Positions 1 through 9,314 of a DNA stretch of 64,000 nucleotides are shown in pieces; within the stretch, counting starts at the first letter, position 1; every line of letters starts with the position of its first letter. The DNA is taken from the sequence record NC_014662.1; one strand, written 5' to 3'. This stretch comes from Enterobacter phage CC31. Under the pieces are notes generated by a model that searched no databases, had not been told where the DNA came from, and was given only the letters and a program-made list of their open reading frames with translations. The position numbers and the translations under genes were made by a program.

Positions 1-303
1 CTGCGTGAAAGCGCTGTAATGGAATCAACTAAAGACTTGACCGACGTTCAGAAAGAGAAAGTAGCTTCTCTGACCGAAGGTATGGAATATTCCGACGAAT
101 TCTCAAGTAAGCTGTCTGCCATCGTCGAAATGGTTAAAGGCTCCGTCGAGAAAGAGGTAGTAAATGAAAGCATAAATACTACCGACAATGATGCTGACGG
201 TCTCAACTTCATTACTGAAGAACATATTGAGCCAGAAGAAAAAGTATCAAAACAGCCATCGATGATGGACGCATACGTAGCCTCTGCGGCACGTCTTTCT
301 TAA
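1..303 (+). CDS. 22: prohead core scaffold protein gp22, C-terminal part (5' end outside window)
   Basis: Frame open from window edge to stop at 301-303, immediately upstream of gp23; acidic scaffold-like composition; T4 order 22-23-24. Confidence 0.6.
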   Translation: MRESAVMESTKDLTDVQKEKVASLTEGMEYSDEFSSKLSAIVEMVKGSVEKEVVNESINTTDNDADGLNFITEEHIEPEEKVSKQPSMMDAYVASAARLS

Positions 304-325
304 TTTTTAAAAGGTTATAAAACAC

Positions 326-1888
326 ATGAAAAAGATTAATCCGTTAGTAGAAAAATGGACTCCGCTGCTTGAGAACGAAGCACTGCCTGAAATCGTTGGT
401 GCTGGTAAAAAAGCTCTGATTGCAAAAATCATGGAAAACCAGGAATCAGCTATTAAAACTGAACCTGCATTCCGTGATGAAAAAATCGCTGAAGCATTTG
501 GTTCGTTCCTGACTGAAGCAGAAATTGGTGGTGACCACGGTTATGATGCTCAGAACATCGCTGCTGGCCAAACCTCTGGTGCAGTAACTCAGATTGGACC
601 AGCTGTTATGGGCATGGTACGTCGTGCAATTCCTAACCTGATTGCTTTCGACATCTGTGGTGTTCAGCCAATGAGTTCTCCTACCGGTCAGGTATTCGCT
701 CTGCGTGCCGTTTACGGTAAAGACCCTCTGGCTGCTGGTGCTAAAGAAGCATTCCACCCAATGTACGCTCCAGATGCAATGTTCTCTGGTCAGGGTGCTG
801 CTGAGAAATTCGCTGCTGTAAAAGCTGCTGACGTTCTGACTGTTGGTACTATCGTAGTTCACGATTTCGCTGATGTTGGTCGCGCTTACTTCCAGGTTGC
901 TGAAGGTTTCACAGTAGATGCTGGTGCTACCGATGCTGAAAAACTGGATAAAGCAGTTAAAGCTGCTGAAGAAGCTGGTCAGCTGGTAGAAATCGCTGAA
1001 GGTATGGCTACCTCCGTAGCTGAACTGCAGGAAAACTTCAACGGTTCTACTGATAACCCATGGAATGAAATGGGCTTCCGTATCGATAAACAAGTTATCG
1101 AAGCTAAATCCCGTCAGCTGAAAGCTCAGTACTCTATTGAACTGGCTCAAGATTTACGTGCTGTTCACGGTATGGACGCGGATGCTGAACTGTCTGGTAT
1201 CCTGGCTACCGAAATCATGCTGGAAATCAACCGCGAAGTTGTAGATTGGATTAACTACTCTGCTCAACTGGGTAAAACCGGTATGACTCAGACTGTTGGT
1301 TCTAAAGCTGGTGTATTTGACTTCCAGGACCCAGTAGATATTCGTGGCGCTCGTTGGGCAGGTGAAAGCTTCAAAGCTCTGCTGTTCCAAATCGACAAAG
1401 AAGCTGCTGAAATCGCACGTCAGACTGGTCGTGGTGCTGGTAACTTCATCATCGCTTCTCGTAACGTAGTTAACGCTCTGGCAGCTGTTGATACTGGCGT
1501 TACTCCTGCTGCTCAGGGTCTGGGTCAAGGCTTCAATGCTGATACCACTAAGACTGTGTTCGCAGGTATTCTGGGCGGTCGTTATAAAGTATACATCGAC
1601 CAGTACGCTCGTCAGGACTACTTCACCATTGGTTACAAAGGTGCTAACGAGATGGATGCTGGTATCTACTACGCTCCATACGTTGCTCTGACTCCACTGC
1701 GTGGTTCCGACCCTAAAAACTTCCAGCCAGTCATGGGCTTCAAAACCCGTTACGGTATTGGTATCAACCCGTTTGCTGATAGTGCATCACAGCAGCCGAA
1801 TGCTCGCATTCAGTCTGGTATGCCTTCTATCGTCAACTCTGTTGGTAAGAACGCGTACTTCCGTCGCATCTGGGTTAAAGGTCTGTAA
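326..1888 (+). CDS. 23: major capsid protein gp23
   Basis: 520 aa; long blocks match T4 gp23 as recalled (FGSFLTEAEIGGDHGY, GPAVMGMVRRAIPNLIAFDICGVQP, NPWNEMGFRIDKQVIEAKSRQLKA, DPKNFQPVMGFKTRYGIGINPFA); AAAGG SD upstream. Confidence 0.97.
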   Translation: MKKINPLVEKWTPLLENEALPEIVGAGKKALIAKIMENQESAIKTEPAFRDEKIAEAFGSFLTEAEIGGDHGYDAQNIAAGQTSGAVTQIGPAVMGMVRRAIPNLIAFDICGVQPMSSPTGQVFALRAVYGKDPLAAGAKEAFHPMYAPDAMFSGQGAAEKFAAVKAADVLTVGTIVVHDFADVGRAYFQVAEGFTVDAGATDAEKLDKAVKAAEEAGQLVEIAEGMATSVAELQENFNGSTDNPWNEMGFRIDKQVIEAKSRQLKAQYSIELAQDLRAVHGMDADAELSGILATEIMLEINREVVDWINYSAQLGKTGMTQTVGSKAGVFDFQDPVDIRGARWAGESFKALLFQIDKEAAEIARQTGRGAGNFIIASRNVVNALAAVDTGVTPAAQGLGQGFNADTTKTVFAGILGGRYKVYIDQYARQDYFTIGYKGANEMDAGIYYAPYVALTPLRGSDPKNFQPVMGFKTRYGIGINPFADSASQQPNARIQSGMPSIVNSVGKNAYFRRIWVKGL

Positions 1889-1899
1889 TCCAATTAAAT

Positions 1900-1917
1900 G
1901 GGAGCCGCAAGGCTCCC
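1900..1917 (+). terminator. intrinsic terminator hairpin after gene 23 (GGGAGCC-GCAA-GGCTCCC followed by T-rich tract)
   Basis: Perfect 7-bp stem with GCAA loop read directly, followed by ATTGTTGTTTC. Confidence 0.7.
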
Positions 1918-1973
1918 ATTGTTGTTTCTACGGATGATAAATAAAAGTATAATCCACTAGAGGAAAAGCGACG

Positions 1974-3257
1974 ATGGCTAACATCCATGACCTTCTGCGC
2001 GAATCAACTACAACGACGAGTTCAATTTCTGCCCGTCCTAGCCTCGTTGCATTGACTCGCGCTACTACTAAATTAATTTACTCTGATATTGTAGCTACTC
2101 AGCGTACTACTCAACCTACTGCTGCTTTCTACGGTATCAAATATTTGAACCCTAACAAAGAATTAACGTTCCTTACTGGTGCTACCTACGCAGGTCAAAC
2201 TGGTACTGAGGACCGTAAATCTATTGAAACATTAACTGCTTCAAATAAAGATTCATTTGGCAAGGGTGATTTGTTCAAATACGATGACATTGTTTACAAA
2301 GTACTTGTAGATAATCCATTTGACCAGATTACTGAAACTGATTTAGAAGTTGTAATTCAGATTTCTCTGGTTAAACTCACTACTCGTTTAATGTCTGACG
2401 CTGCTATCACTTCCAAGTTTGAAACTGCTGGAGCTGATATCGCTGAAGCTAAATTCCAAATTGATAAATGGCAGACTCAAGTTAAATCTCGTAAACTTAA
2501 AACGAGCTTGACTGTTGAATTGGCCCAGGACCTTGAAGCTAATGGCTTTGATGCTTCCAATTTTATCGATGATTTACTGGCTACTGAAATGGCCGATGAA
2601 ATTAACAAAGACATTTTACAAAGTCTTGTGACAGTTTCAAAACGATATAAAGTTGAAGGTATCACAGATACTGGATTCATCGATTTATCTTATGCATCTG
2701 CTCCAGAAGCTGGTCGTTCTCTGTATCGCATGGTATGCGAAATGGTTTCTCATATTCAGCGCTCAACATCCTTTACGGCAACATTCGCTGTAGCATCTAC
2801 TCGTGCTGCTGCTGTTCTTGCTGCATCAGGTTGGTTGAAGCATAAACCTGAAGATGATGATTATCTGTCACAGAACGCTTATGGTTTCCTGGCAAACGGT
2901 TTGCCTCTGTATTGCGATACTAACACTCCACTCGATTATGTAATCGTCGGTGTAGTAGAAGATATTGGTGATAAAGAAGTTGTATCGAGTATTTTCTATG
3001 CTCCATACACTGAAGGTATCGACCTTGATGACCCGGAACACGTTGGTGCATTTAAAGTAATTGTTGACCCAGAAAGCTTACAGCCTTCTGTAGCTTTATT
3101 CGTTCGTTATGCATTGTCTGCTAACCCGTATACTGTAGCTAAAGATGAAAAGGAAGCTCGAATCATTGATGGCGGGGATATGGATAAGATGGCAGGACGT
3201 TCTGATTTATCAGTTCTTCTTGGTGTTAAGTTACCAAAAATCATCATTGAAGACTAA
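1974..3257 (+). CDS. 24: head vertex protein gp24
   Basis: 427 aa (T4 gp24 is 427 aa as recalled); gp23-paralog-like C-terminal region; position directly after gene 23. Confidence 0.92.
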   Translation: MANIHDLLRESTTTTSSISARPSLVALTRATTKLIYSDIVATQRTTQPTAAFYGIKYLNPNKELTFLTGATYAGQTGTEDRKSIETLTASNKDSFGKGDLFKYDDIVYKVLVDNPFDQITETDLEVVIQISLVKLTTRLMSDAAITSKFETAGADIAEAKFQIDKWQTQVKSRKLKTSLTVELAQDLEANGFDASNFIDDLLATEMADEINKDILQSLVTVSKRYKVEGITDTGFIDLSYASAPEAGRSLYRMVCEMVSHIQRSTSFTATFAVASTRAAAVLAASGWLKHKPEDDDYLSQNAYGFLANGLPLYCDTNTPLDYVIVGVVEDIGDKEVVSSIFYAPYTEGIDLDDPEHVGAFKVIVDPESLQPSVALFVRYALSANPYTVAKDEKEARIIDGGDMDKMAGRSDLSVLLGVKLPKIIIED

Positions 3258-3263
3258 AAGAAA

Positions 3264-3285
3264 GGGAACCTCACGGTTCCCTTTT
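3264..3285 (+). terminator. intrinsic terminator after gene 24 (GGGAACC-TCAC-GGTTCCC + TTTT)
   Basis: Inverted repeat followed by T run, read directly. Confidence 0.7.
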
Positions 3286-3289
3286 GTAG

Positions 3290-3835
3290 TTATAAAGCAA
3301 ATATATCGAATGTTGGTGCGTATTTTTCTTTAAATCTCTGATAGATTTCTTTCTCGTACAGATTGTAGCAAGGTATACCATGACGCTTGGCTATATCAAC
3401 GGCCACTCGTGTCCCTCCAGTAACGCTAGAGAGTTTTATTGGAGCATAGAATAGTACCATATCCACAGGTGACTGGCAATCCTCTCCGAGCACCTGAAGT
3501 GCATTGCGGGCAAATAGAGTCTTCACTATATCCCGGCACTCATCCCAGTAGCTTGTCACTTCTCTTGCTTTAATTACACTCCTGATTCTCACTTCATTTG
3601 GAAAGTCTTTCCACACCTTTACTCCAACTCCAGTTTTAAGACCATTGAAGCCTTCGTATGGTATGATACGTAATGAACGTTCACGGTCGTATCTACTGAG
3701 CCATGATTCATCTGCACCAGGAGCACCTCCCGAATACGAAAAATGGCCTGACTCCGAAAGAGCCTGACCAGTTAATGACATGACATCTAAAACACGACGT
3801 GGCGTCTCTCGAGAACCGATTAACGCCAAACGCAT
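3290..3835 (-). CDS. DprA/SLOG-like Rossmann-fold protein (function unknown), translationally coupled to rnlB
   Basis: 181 aa; start ATG overlaps rnlB stop (TAATG); motif string LALIGSR...SGGAPGADESW...TGGTRVAVDIAKRHGIPCY resembles DprA/Smf-LOG (SLOG) nucleotide-binding signature. Confidence 0.55.
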   Translation of the reverse strand: MRLALIGSRETPRRVLDVMSLTGQALSESGHFSYSGGAPGADESWLSRYDRERSLRIIPYEGFNGLKTGVGVKVWKDFPNEVRIRSVIKAREVTSYWDECRDIVKTLFARNALQVLGEDCQSPVDMVLFYAPIKLSSVTGGTRVAVDIAKRHGIPCYNLYEKEIYQRFKEKYAPTFDIFAL

Positions 3836-4839
3836 TAGTTACTTACCAGTTCAATCCAAACTGGACGAATTACGCCTTGCACGTAATTGACAAGTTCTTT
3901 CTTGACTACATCAGGATTATCAGCGTCAGTAATGAAGATTTCTTCACGGCCAGCTTCTTCCAGAATATCCTGGACAGTAAGACCCATAACTTTACCAAAG
4001 TCCTTTGGACCAACTTGGCCAATCTTACTGATAACGTTATTGACTCGGTTCAGAGTAGCATAAGCTGCCAGCGTAGAGAAAGCAACCTTATCAACATCAG
4101 TTAATTCAACCTTAGCTTTAATAGGCTTATCGGATTTAGCTTTCTCAGAGAACTTGGAGTTCTTGCATTTAATAGCTACGCGAGAACCATTAGGGAAAAA
4201 TTTAGGGTAGCATGGTTTCAGAACGTAGCCTTCGGCGATATTACTTTCTGATACAACCGCTTGGAATGGCATAGTATTAGCTTCTTCAAGACCATGAGCT
4301 TCAATAGCTTGATTATAGCGATTAACTACAACATCCAGCATATTAGGAATTTGAATCAGGTCATCGAATTTACCACGGCCCAGAAGTGGAGCCATTTTAA
4401 ACCCAAAGACGTTACACATACGTTCCATCATAAAATCATCAACGTAAGACGATTCACCTGATTCGGTAGTCACTTTAATATCAAAGACGTAGAAGTCTTT
4501 TTCACCGTAATCAACACCCTTCTGAATTCCGCCGCCAGCAAATTCACCAAAGATTTGATAAGCTACTGTAGCACCAGTCAGTGCAGCTTGAACAGCTTTA
4601 AAGGACTCGTTATAACGACCCATGATAACCATATAGCCAAAGAAGTCTTCTGCTGGCAGAATAGGACCAGTACGCTTGGCAGGTTGGATGCTATCTTTAG
4701 TTACGATAACAGAGAAGTTAGTGCCGTGAATTTTCTCACGCGCTACCCAAGTTTCAGAGACATCAAAACCAGCATTACGAATACGCTCAATGAATTTACC
4801 GTTGTAGTGGTTCTCGAGCGTTGAATATTTCTCAAACAT
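3835..4839 (-). CDS. rnlB: RNA ligase 2 (Rnl2)
   Basis: 334 aa (same as T4 Rnl2 as recalled); nucleotidyltransferase motif I KIHGTNF; AAGGTG SD upstream. Confidence 0.92.
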   Translation of the reverse strand: MFEKYSTLENHYNGKFIERIRNAGFDVSETWVAREKIHGTNFSVIVTKDSIQPAKRTGPILPAEDFFGYMVIMGRYNESFKAVQAALTGATVAYQIFGEFAGGGIQKGVDYGEKDFYVFDIKVTTESGESSYVDDFMMERMCNVFGFKMAPLLGRGKFDDLIQIPNMLDVVVNRYNQAIEAHGLEEANTMPFQAVVSESNIAEGYVLKPCYPKFFPNGSRVAIKCKNSKFSEKAKSDKPIKAKVELTDVDKVAFSTLAAYATLNRVNNVISKIGQVGPKDFGKVMGLTVQDILEEAGREEIFITDADNPDVVKKELVNYVQGVIRPVWIELVSN

Positions 4840-4847
4840 ATTTCACC

Positions 4848-5108
4848 TTAGAATTTAATTTTGAAAGATTTGCCCTGGTAGTCAGAATTGAACTCATAAG
4901 AGAACTTTTCTTTATTCAGGAATCCTTTTATAGCGGTTTCATGAGAATACCACTCACTTGGAATAATATAAAGGGCTTCAAACTTGCCGCGGGCGGCAGC
5001 GTCGCGAAGATGGTCTTCAATATGGGTTTGAACTTCTTTTGGTAAATTTGTATTAGCTGACTCAGCCATATTCCTGTAGAAATTAGCAAGACTCATTATA
5101 ATCACCAT
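4848..5108 (-). CDS. hypothetical protein
   Basis: 86-aa ORF on the coding strand of the surrounding operon; start position uncertain. Confidence 0.45.
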   Translation of the reverse strand: MVIIMSLANFYRNMAESANTNLPKEVQTHIEDHLRDAAARGKFEALYIIPSEWYSHETAIKGFLNKEKFSYEFNSDYQGKSFKIKF

Positions 5109-5210
5109 ATAAATATCAATAATTAGGGAGGGTTCTATCCTTCTATCGTCAAGCGTATGTACTAGAAAGAATCCGTGAAACCATTATACCACGCGGATTC
5201 TTTAAGCATA

Positions 5211-5792
5211 TTATAGAGGGATTACTTTATACTTCTTATTGCCACGAGCATCACGCTTACAAACTAATTTGCACTTCATGCCGCTTGTGATAGTGTAATC
5301 TTCATCAACCTTCATCCGCATCCAGTCTAATACCATTCCAGATGGGTTCAAAGATTTTTCAACTTCAACCATAATTTTAGTGCCAGACTTATAAAACTTA
5401 GATTCTTGTTGCTCATAGTCAGATAGTGCGCGAGCAAACGCAGATGGGCTTAAGAATTTATTATAACCGTGAGCAGCAGCCACAAATGTATTATCTAAAG
5501 CATGTTTGATATTTTTGATTACGACTGTTGCGTAACCGATGTGTTTTTCTGGATAGTGAGTCATTACAAAGTCCTCATGAACTGCGAAAGTTTTTTGATG
5601 ACGAGATTTTACATCAACATTTGATAAGCGTTTACGATAAACCACTTTCTCTTTTCGTTTAGATTTAGCTTTTGCCGATTCAACTTTAGCATAATATAAA
5701 GCTGCTTCTTCGGGTTTAATACCCGCTTCTCTCGCAATTTCAATAAAACTCAATCCGCACTCATGCTTAAAATGAATCTCAATCGGTGTCAT
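5211..5792 (-). CDS. hypothetical protein with N-terminal helix-turn-helix-like segment
   Basis: 193 aa; N-terminal ECGLSFIEIAREAGIKPEEA resembles an HTH; hairpins on both sides. Confidence 0.55.
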   Translation of the reverse strand: MTPIEIHFKHECGLSFIEIAREAGIKPEEAALYYAKVESAKAKSKRKEKVVYRKRLSNVDVKSRHQKTFAVHEDFVMTHYPEKHIGYATVVIKNIKHALDNTFVAAAHGYNKFLSPSAFARALSDYEQQESKFYKSGTKIMVEVEKSLNPSGMVLDWMRMKVDEDYTITSGMKCKLVCKRDARGNKKYKVIPL

Positions 5793-5849
5793 GGTAATAT
5801 CCTACAGTAAAAGATGTTGATATAATACCACTCTCCAGAAAAAGCAAAA

Positions 5850-5865
5850 GGAGCCTTCGGGCTCC
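5850..5865 (-). terminator. bidirectional GC hairpin with UUCG loop (GGAGCC-TTCG-GGCTCC) downstream of hoc
   Basis: Perfect stem with A/T runs on both sides. Confidence 0.6.
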
Positions 5866-5867
5866 TT

Positions 5868-6679
5868 TTAATAGATGATACCAGCTTCTAAAGCTGAACG
5901 ATGAACAATACGTCCATTACGTGATTCTTGAACATCAACTTCAGGGTAGTCTTCAATCATTTTAGCTAACGTAGCCAAATGACAGTAATAAGGAGTATCA
6001 GAAGCGGTTGCAGTTTTCCAGTCTTTACCTTCTTCAGTAAGTTTCTGAATTGCATCCATAACCCACCAACCAGCCCAGATATAAGCACTAGAGCGATGCG
6101 GAAGTGGATGAACATAGAGAATTGGGCATTCGTCTGGAACAACTGGCTCGGCAGCTTCAACTGTAATATTCAGCACATTTGAAGTTTTAACAGTGTCTTC
6201 GTATCCAGTTGCTTTAGCAGTTACTTCACATGTTAAAGCAACATTTCCTTCCGTTTGAGCTACTGCACTAATATCAGCCGTAGTTTCTCCGGTTGACCAT
6301 TTGTAAGCAAGAGTTGCTCCTGATGGTTGACCTGTTACTCCACAGGTTGCACTATAGCTTTCACCAACTTTAACAGTTTGAGACTGAGCTGAAATAGTAA
6401 CAGTAAGATTCATAACGTCATTTACTGTTAAGTTAGTAGTTGCGGTTTGAATATCGTCTGGGTCTTCACCAGCTTTAGTGGTTGAAGTAACTTTAACTAC
6501 TTTAGTTCCAGCCGAGTCAGCGGTGTAATCCAAAGTATCAGTCACAGATGATTGTACTACAACCATTCATAAGTTATAGTTGCTCCTTCTGGCGCTCCGT
6601 TAACAGTTGCTGTAAACTGTTGTGAATCTCCAACTTTGATAGTGGGATTTAGAGGAGTTAAATCTACTGTAGTAGCCAT
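5868..6679 (-). pseudogene. hoc: hoc (outer capsid decoration protein) interrupted by an apparent single-base frameshift near 6557-6568
   Basis: 40-codon N-terminal frame (MATTVDLTPLNPTIKVGDSQQFTATVNGAPEGATITYEWL*) aligns with T4 Hoc N-terminus; 232-aa downstream frame carries Ig-like repeats and the conserved capsid-binding C-terminus (PILYVHPLPHRSSAYIWAGWWVMD...YPEVDVQESRNG). Confidence 0.8.
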
Positions 6680-6694
6680 ATAATTTCCATTATT

Positions 6695-6713
6695 TAAGAG
6701 GGACAAGCCCTCT
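6695..6713 (-). terminator. hairpin (AGAGGG-ACAAG-CCCTCT) between inh and hoc
   Basis: Inverted repeat read directly; function inferred. Confidence 0.4.
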
Positions 6714-7468
6714 TATGATAAAGTTACAAATGAAGAGTTTCGGGTTTCTCTTACTTGAACTGAACCATTACGTTTGATGTAATAAATCAAGCTCAAAAGA
6801 GTTTGATGAGCAGTAGGATGCTCAAATGACAGTGGTCTAGATTTCCAATCTGGATTTTCAAGAATCCACTGATAAATCCACCAAGGAAGAGTAGCATAAC
6901 CTGGATTACGCCCAATTAAATGCAGAGATGGACTGAAATCAGCCGGAAGCTCGAATGTGTCAGTTTCAATAACTTTGACAACTTTATCCATAGCTTCATT
7001 AAATTCATCTTGGGTCATATTCCCTACTGGAATTTTATGAACTTCGCCGTCATCTGAAACTGCAATAACAGAATCACCAATCGGAGCTTCAAGGATTACA
7101 CCTTTAACTGAGTCCATTGGCTTACCAAAATGAGGGTCGATATCAGTTACTTTCACTTGTGGTGCGTCAGCAGATACAGAATCAATCAATAGACGAGCTT
7201 CTTCTTTAGCTTCATCTTTAAAAATAGCAGTGCCTTTGGCTTCATCATCAGCTTGAATGAGGTCATAAATTGAAAGACCGTCATTATCTTCTGGCATAGG
7301 TTCTTCTGCTAGTTTAGCCAATTCGACTTCAAGGTCAGCGACCATATTGTCGAAGGCTTTAGTTTTCTTCAGCTTAATACCGAAGGTTTCAGCGTACTCG
7401 GCAAGCTTCTCTTTGGCTTCTTTTTTCTCAAGTGCACCGATTTCAGCAATATAATCTTTATCTAACAT
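6713..7468 (-). CDS. inh: probable Inh (inhibitor of prohead protease), capsid internal protein
   Basis: 251 aa from ATG at 7468 (the ORF-track start 7534 lies upstream of the promoter); T4 synteny hoc-inh-uvsW; acidic protein. Confidence 0.6.
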   Translation of the reverse strand: MLDKDYIAEIGALEKKEAKEKLAEYAETFGIKLKKTKAFDNMVADLEVELAKLAEEPMPEDNDGLSIYDLIQADDEAKGTAIFKDEAKEEARLLIDSVSADAPQVKVTDIDPHFGKPMDSVKGVILEAPIGDSVIAVSDDGEVHKIPVGNMTQDEFNEAMDKVVKVIETDTFELPADFSPSLHLIGRNPGYATLPWWIYQWILENPDWKSRPLSFEHPTAHQTLLSLIYYIKRNGSVQVRETRNSSFVTLS

Positions 7469-7483
7469 AGTAGCCTCGTTGTG

Positions 7484-7491
7484 TATAAATA
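7484..7491 (+). promoter_or_regulatory. T4-type late promoter TATAAATA for uvsW
   Basis: Exact TATAAATA about 30 nt upstream of uvsW ATG (7521), AAGGAA SD between. Confidence 0.65.
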
Positions 7492-7497
7492 TAAATG

Positions 7498-7505
7498 TAT
7501 TTATA
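7498..7505 (-). promoter_or_regulatory. T4-type late promoter (TATAAATA on minus strand) for inh
   Basis: TATTTATA on plus strand = TATAAATA on minus, about 30 nt upstream of inh ATG (7468). Confidence 0.55.
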
Positions 7506-7520
7506 ACTAAGGAATCGGCA

Positions 7521-9023
7521 ATGCACGATATCAATGTAAAATTTCATGATTTTAGTCATGTGTTTATTGAATGTGATGAATCCACATTTCATGAACTAAG
7601 AGACTATTTTAGTTTTGAAGCTGATGGCTACAAATTCAATCCAAAATACCGTTATGGGCATTGGGATGGACGTATTCGTCTTCTGAACTACGATCGTCTG
7701 CTTCCGTTTGGCCTCGTCGGACAAATCCGCAAATTCGCTAATAGTATGGGTTATTCAGTTTACTTCGAACCGAAGATTTTTGAGACTGAAGAAATTACTC
7801 GTGAAGCGTTTGATGATTGGCTGGGCAATCTCAATATTTACTCTGGGAGTAAAAAGATTGAGCCTCACTGGTATCAGAAAGATGCAGTGTTTGAAGGATT
7901 AGTTAATCGCCGTCGAATTTTGAACCTTCCAACGTCTGCTGGTAAATCTTTAATTCAATGCTTACTTGCTCGTTATTATGTTGAGAATTATGAAGGTAAA
8001 ATTTTAATCATCGTTCCAACAACAGCATTAGTAGACCAGATGATTAACGACTTCTGTGATTATCGTCTATTTGGTAAACAACATTGTCTTGGTATTCGTT
8101 CAGGTACAAAGCGTGATTCTGATGCAATGATTTATGTTGCCACCTGGCAAACAGCAGTAAAACAGCCAAAAGAGTGGTTCCATCAATTCGGCATGATGAT
8201 GAACGATGAATGCCACCTGGCTACCGGTAAGTCTATTTCTACTATCGTTGCTGGTCTAAATAACTGCATGTTTAAGTTCGGCTTATCCGGTTCATTAAAA
8301 GACGGAAAAGCTAATATCATGCAATATGTTGGAATGTTTGGTGAAATTTTCAAACCAGTTTCAACATCACAGCTTATGGAAGATGGACAAGTAACTGACT
8401 TAAAAATTAACTCTATTTTCCTTCGGTACCCGGATGAGTTTACCGTCAAAATGAAAGGTAAAACTTATCAAGAAGAAATTAAAGTTATTACAAATGCAAA
8501 ACGTCGCAATAAATGGATAGCTAATCTTGCAGTAAAATTGGCTAAGCGAGACGAAAATGCATTTCTGATGTTTAAACACGTGGCTCACGGTAAAGAGCTA
8601 TTTGAAATGATTAAAGAACTTGGGTATGAGAAAGTGTATTATGTTTCAGGGGAAGTTTCTACTGAAGTTCGTAATGCTCTGAAGGTGATGGCTGAAAATG
8701 GAACAGGAATTATCGTAGTTGCGTCTTATGGCGTTTTTTCTACTGGCATTTCTGTAAAGAATCTCCATCATGTTATTTTAGCTCACCCAGTTAAATCAAA
8801 AATTATCGTTCTGCAAACAATCGGTCGCGTACTTCGTAAACATGATTCTAAATCAGTTGCTACAGTATGGGATATCATCGATGATATGGGTGTTAAACCA
8901 AAATCAGCAAATGCTAAGAAAAAATATGTTCATTTGAACTATGCTTTAAAGCACGCGCTGGAGCGCATTCAAAGATATGCAGACGAAAAATTCAATTACG
9001 TAATGAAACAAATCGATATTTGA
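7521..9023 (+). CDS. uvsW: UvsW DNA/RNA helicase
   Basis: Start MHDINVKFHDFSHV; close match to T4 UvsW throughout (helicase motifs LNLPTSAGKS, MMNDECHLATGKS, QTIGRVLRKH). Confidence 0.93.
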   Translation: MHDINVKFHDFSHVFIECDESTFHELRDYFSFEADGYKFNPKYRYGHWDGRIRLLNYDRLLPFGLVGQIRKFANSMGYSVYFEPKIFETEEITREAFDDWLGNLNIYSGSKKIEPHWYQKDAVFEGLVNRRRILNLPTSAGKSLIQCLLARYYVENYEGKILIIVPTTALVDQMINDFCDYRLFGKQHCLGIRSGTKRDSDAMIYVATWQTAVKQPKEWFHQFGMMMNDECHLATGKSISTIVAGLNNCMFKFGLSGSLKDGKANIMQYVGMFGEIFKPVSTSQLMEDGQVTDLKINSIFLRYPDEFTVKMKGKTYQEEIKVITNAKRRNKWIANLAVKLAKRDENAFLMFKHVAHGKELFEMIKELGYEKVYYVSGEVSTEVRNALKVMAENGTGIIVVASYGVFSTGISVKNLHHVILAHPVKSKIIVLQTIGRVLRKHDSKSVATVWDIIDDMGVKPKSANAKKKYVHLNYALKHALERIQRYADEKFNYVMKQIDI

Positions 9024-9030
9024 GGAAGTT

Positions 9031-9261
9031 ATGAAAACATTCGAAGAAGTCATTTACGAAGCTACTATCGACACGTTTATGAGTAAGATTGCTCAGTGCC
9101 AAACTTTAGAAGGTTTAGAAGAACTGGAAGCTTATTACAAAAAGCGTGTTAAAGAAGCTGACCTGAAAGATACTGATGATATCTCTATTCGAGATGCATT
9201 GGCAGGAAAAAGAATGGAATTTGAATCTGAAGATGAGTCAGAATCAGAAGAAGAATTCTAA
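9031..9261 (+). CDS. uvsW.1: UvsW.1 small acidic protein
   Basis: 76-aa ORF directly after uvsW, as in T4. Confidence 0.8.
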   Translation: MKTFEEVIYEATIDTFMSKIAQCQTLEGLEELEAYYKKRVKEADLKDTDDISIRDALAGKRMEFESEDESESEEEF

Positions 9262-9268
9262 TAAAAAA

Positions 9269-9287
9269 GGCCCCTCAAAAGAGGGGC
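9269..9287 (-). terminator. hairpin GGCCCCTC-AAAA-GAGGGGC, T-run on minus strand
   Basis: Read directly; lies between convergent uvsW.1 and the uvsY operon. Confidence 0.55.
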
Positions 9288-9314
9288 AAACCACAAGTGG
9301 CATAAAACACTAGG

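Noticed and set aside
446-1937. Antisense and alternative-frame ORFs inside gene 23 (446..1150 -, 1154..1528 -, 1488..1691 +, 1701..1937 +)
   Set aside because: Fully embedded in the highly conserved gp23 coding sequence; low-complexity Ser/Thr/Leu-rich translations typical of antisense read-through frames
1921-1960. Near-consensus late promoters (GATAAATA before gene 24; AATAAATA before gene 36 at about 50727; CATAAATA before t at about 54858)
   Set aside because: Each deviates by one base from the strictly conserved TATAAATA; these genes may be transcribed from upstream late promoters, so not called
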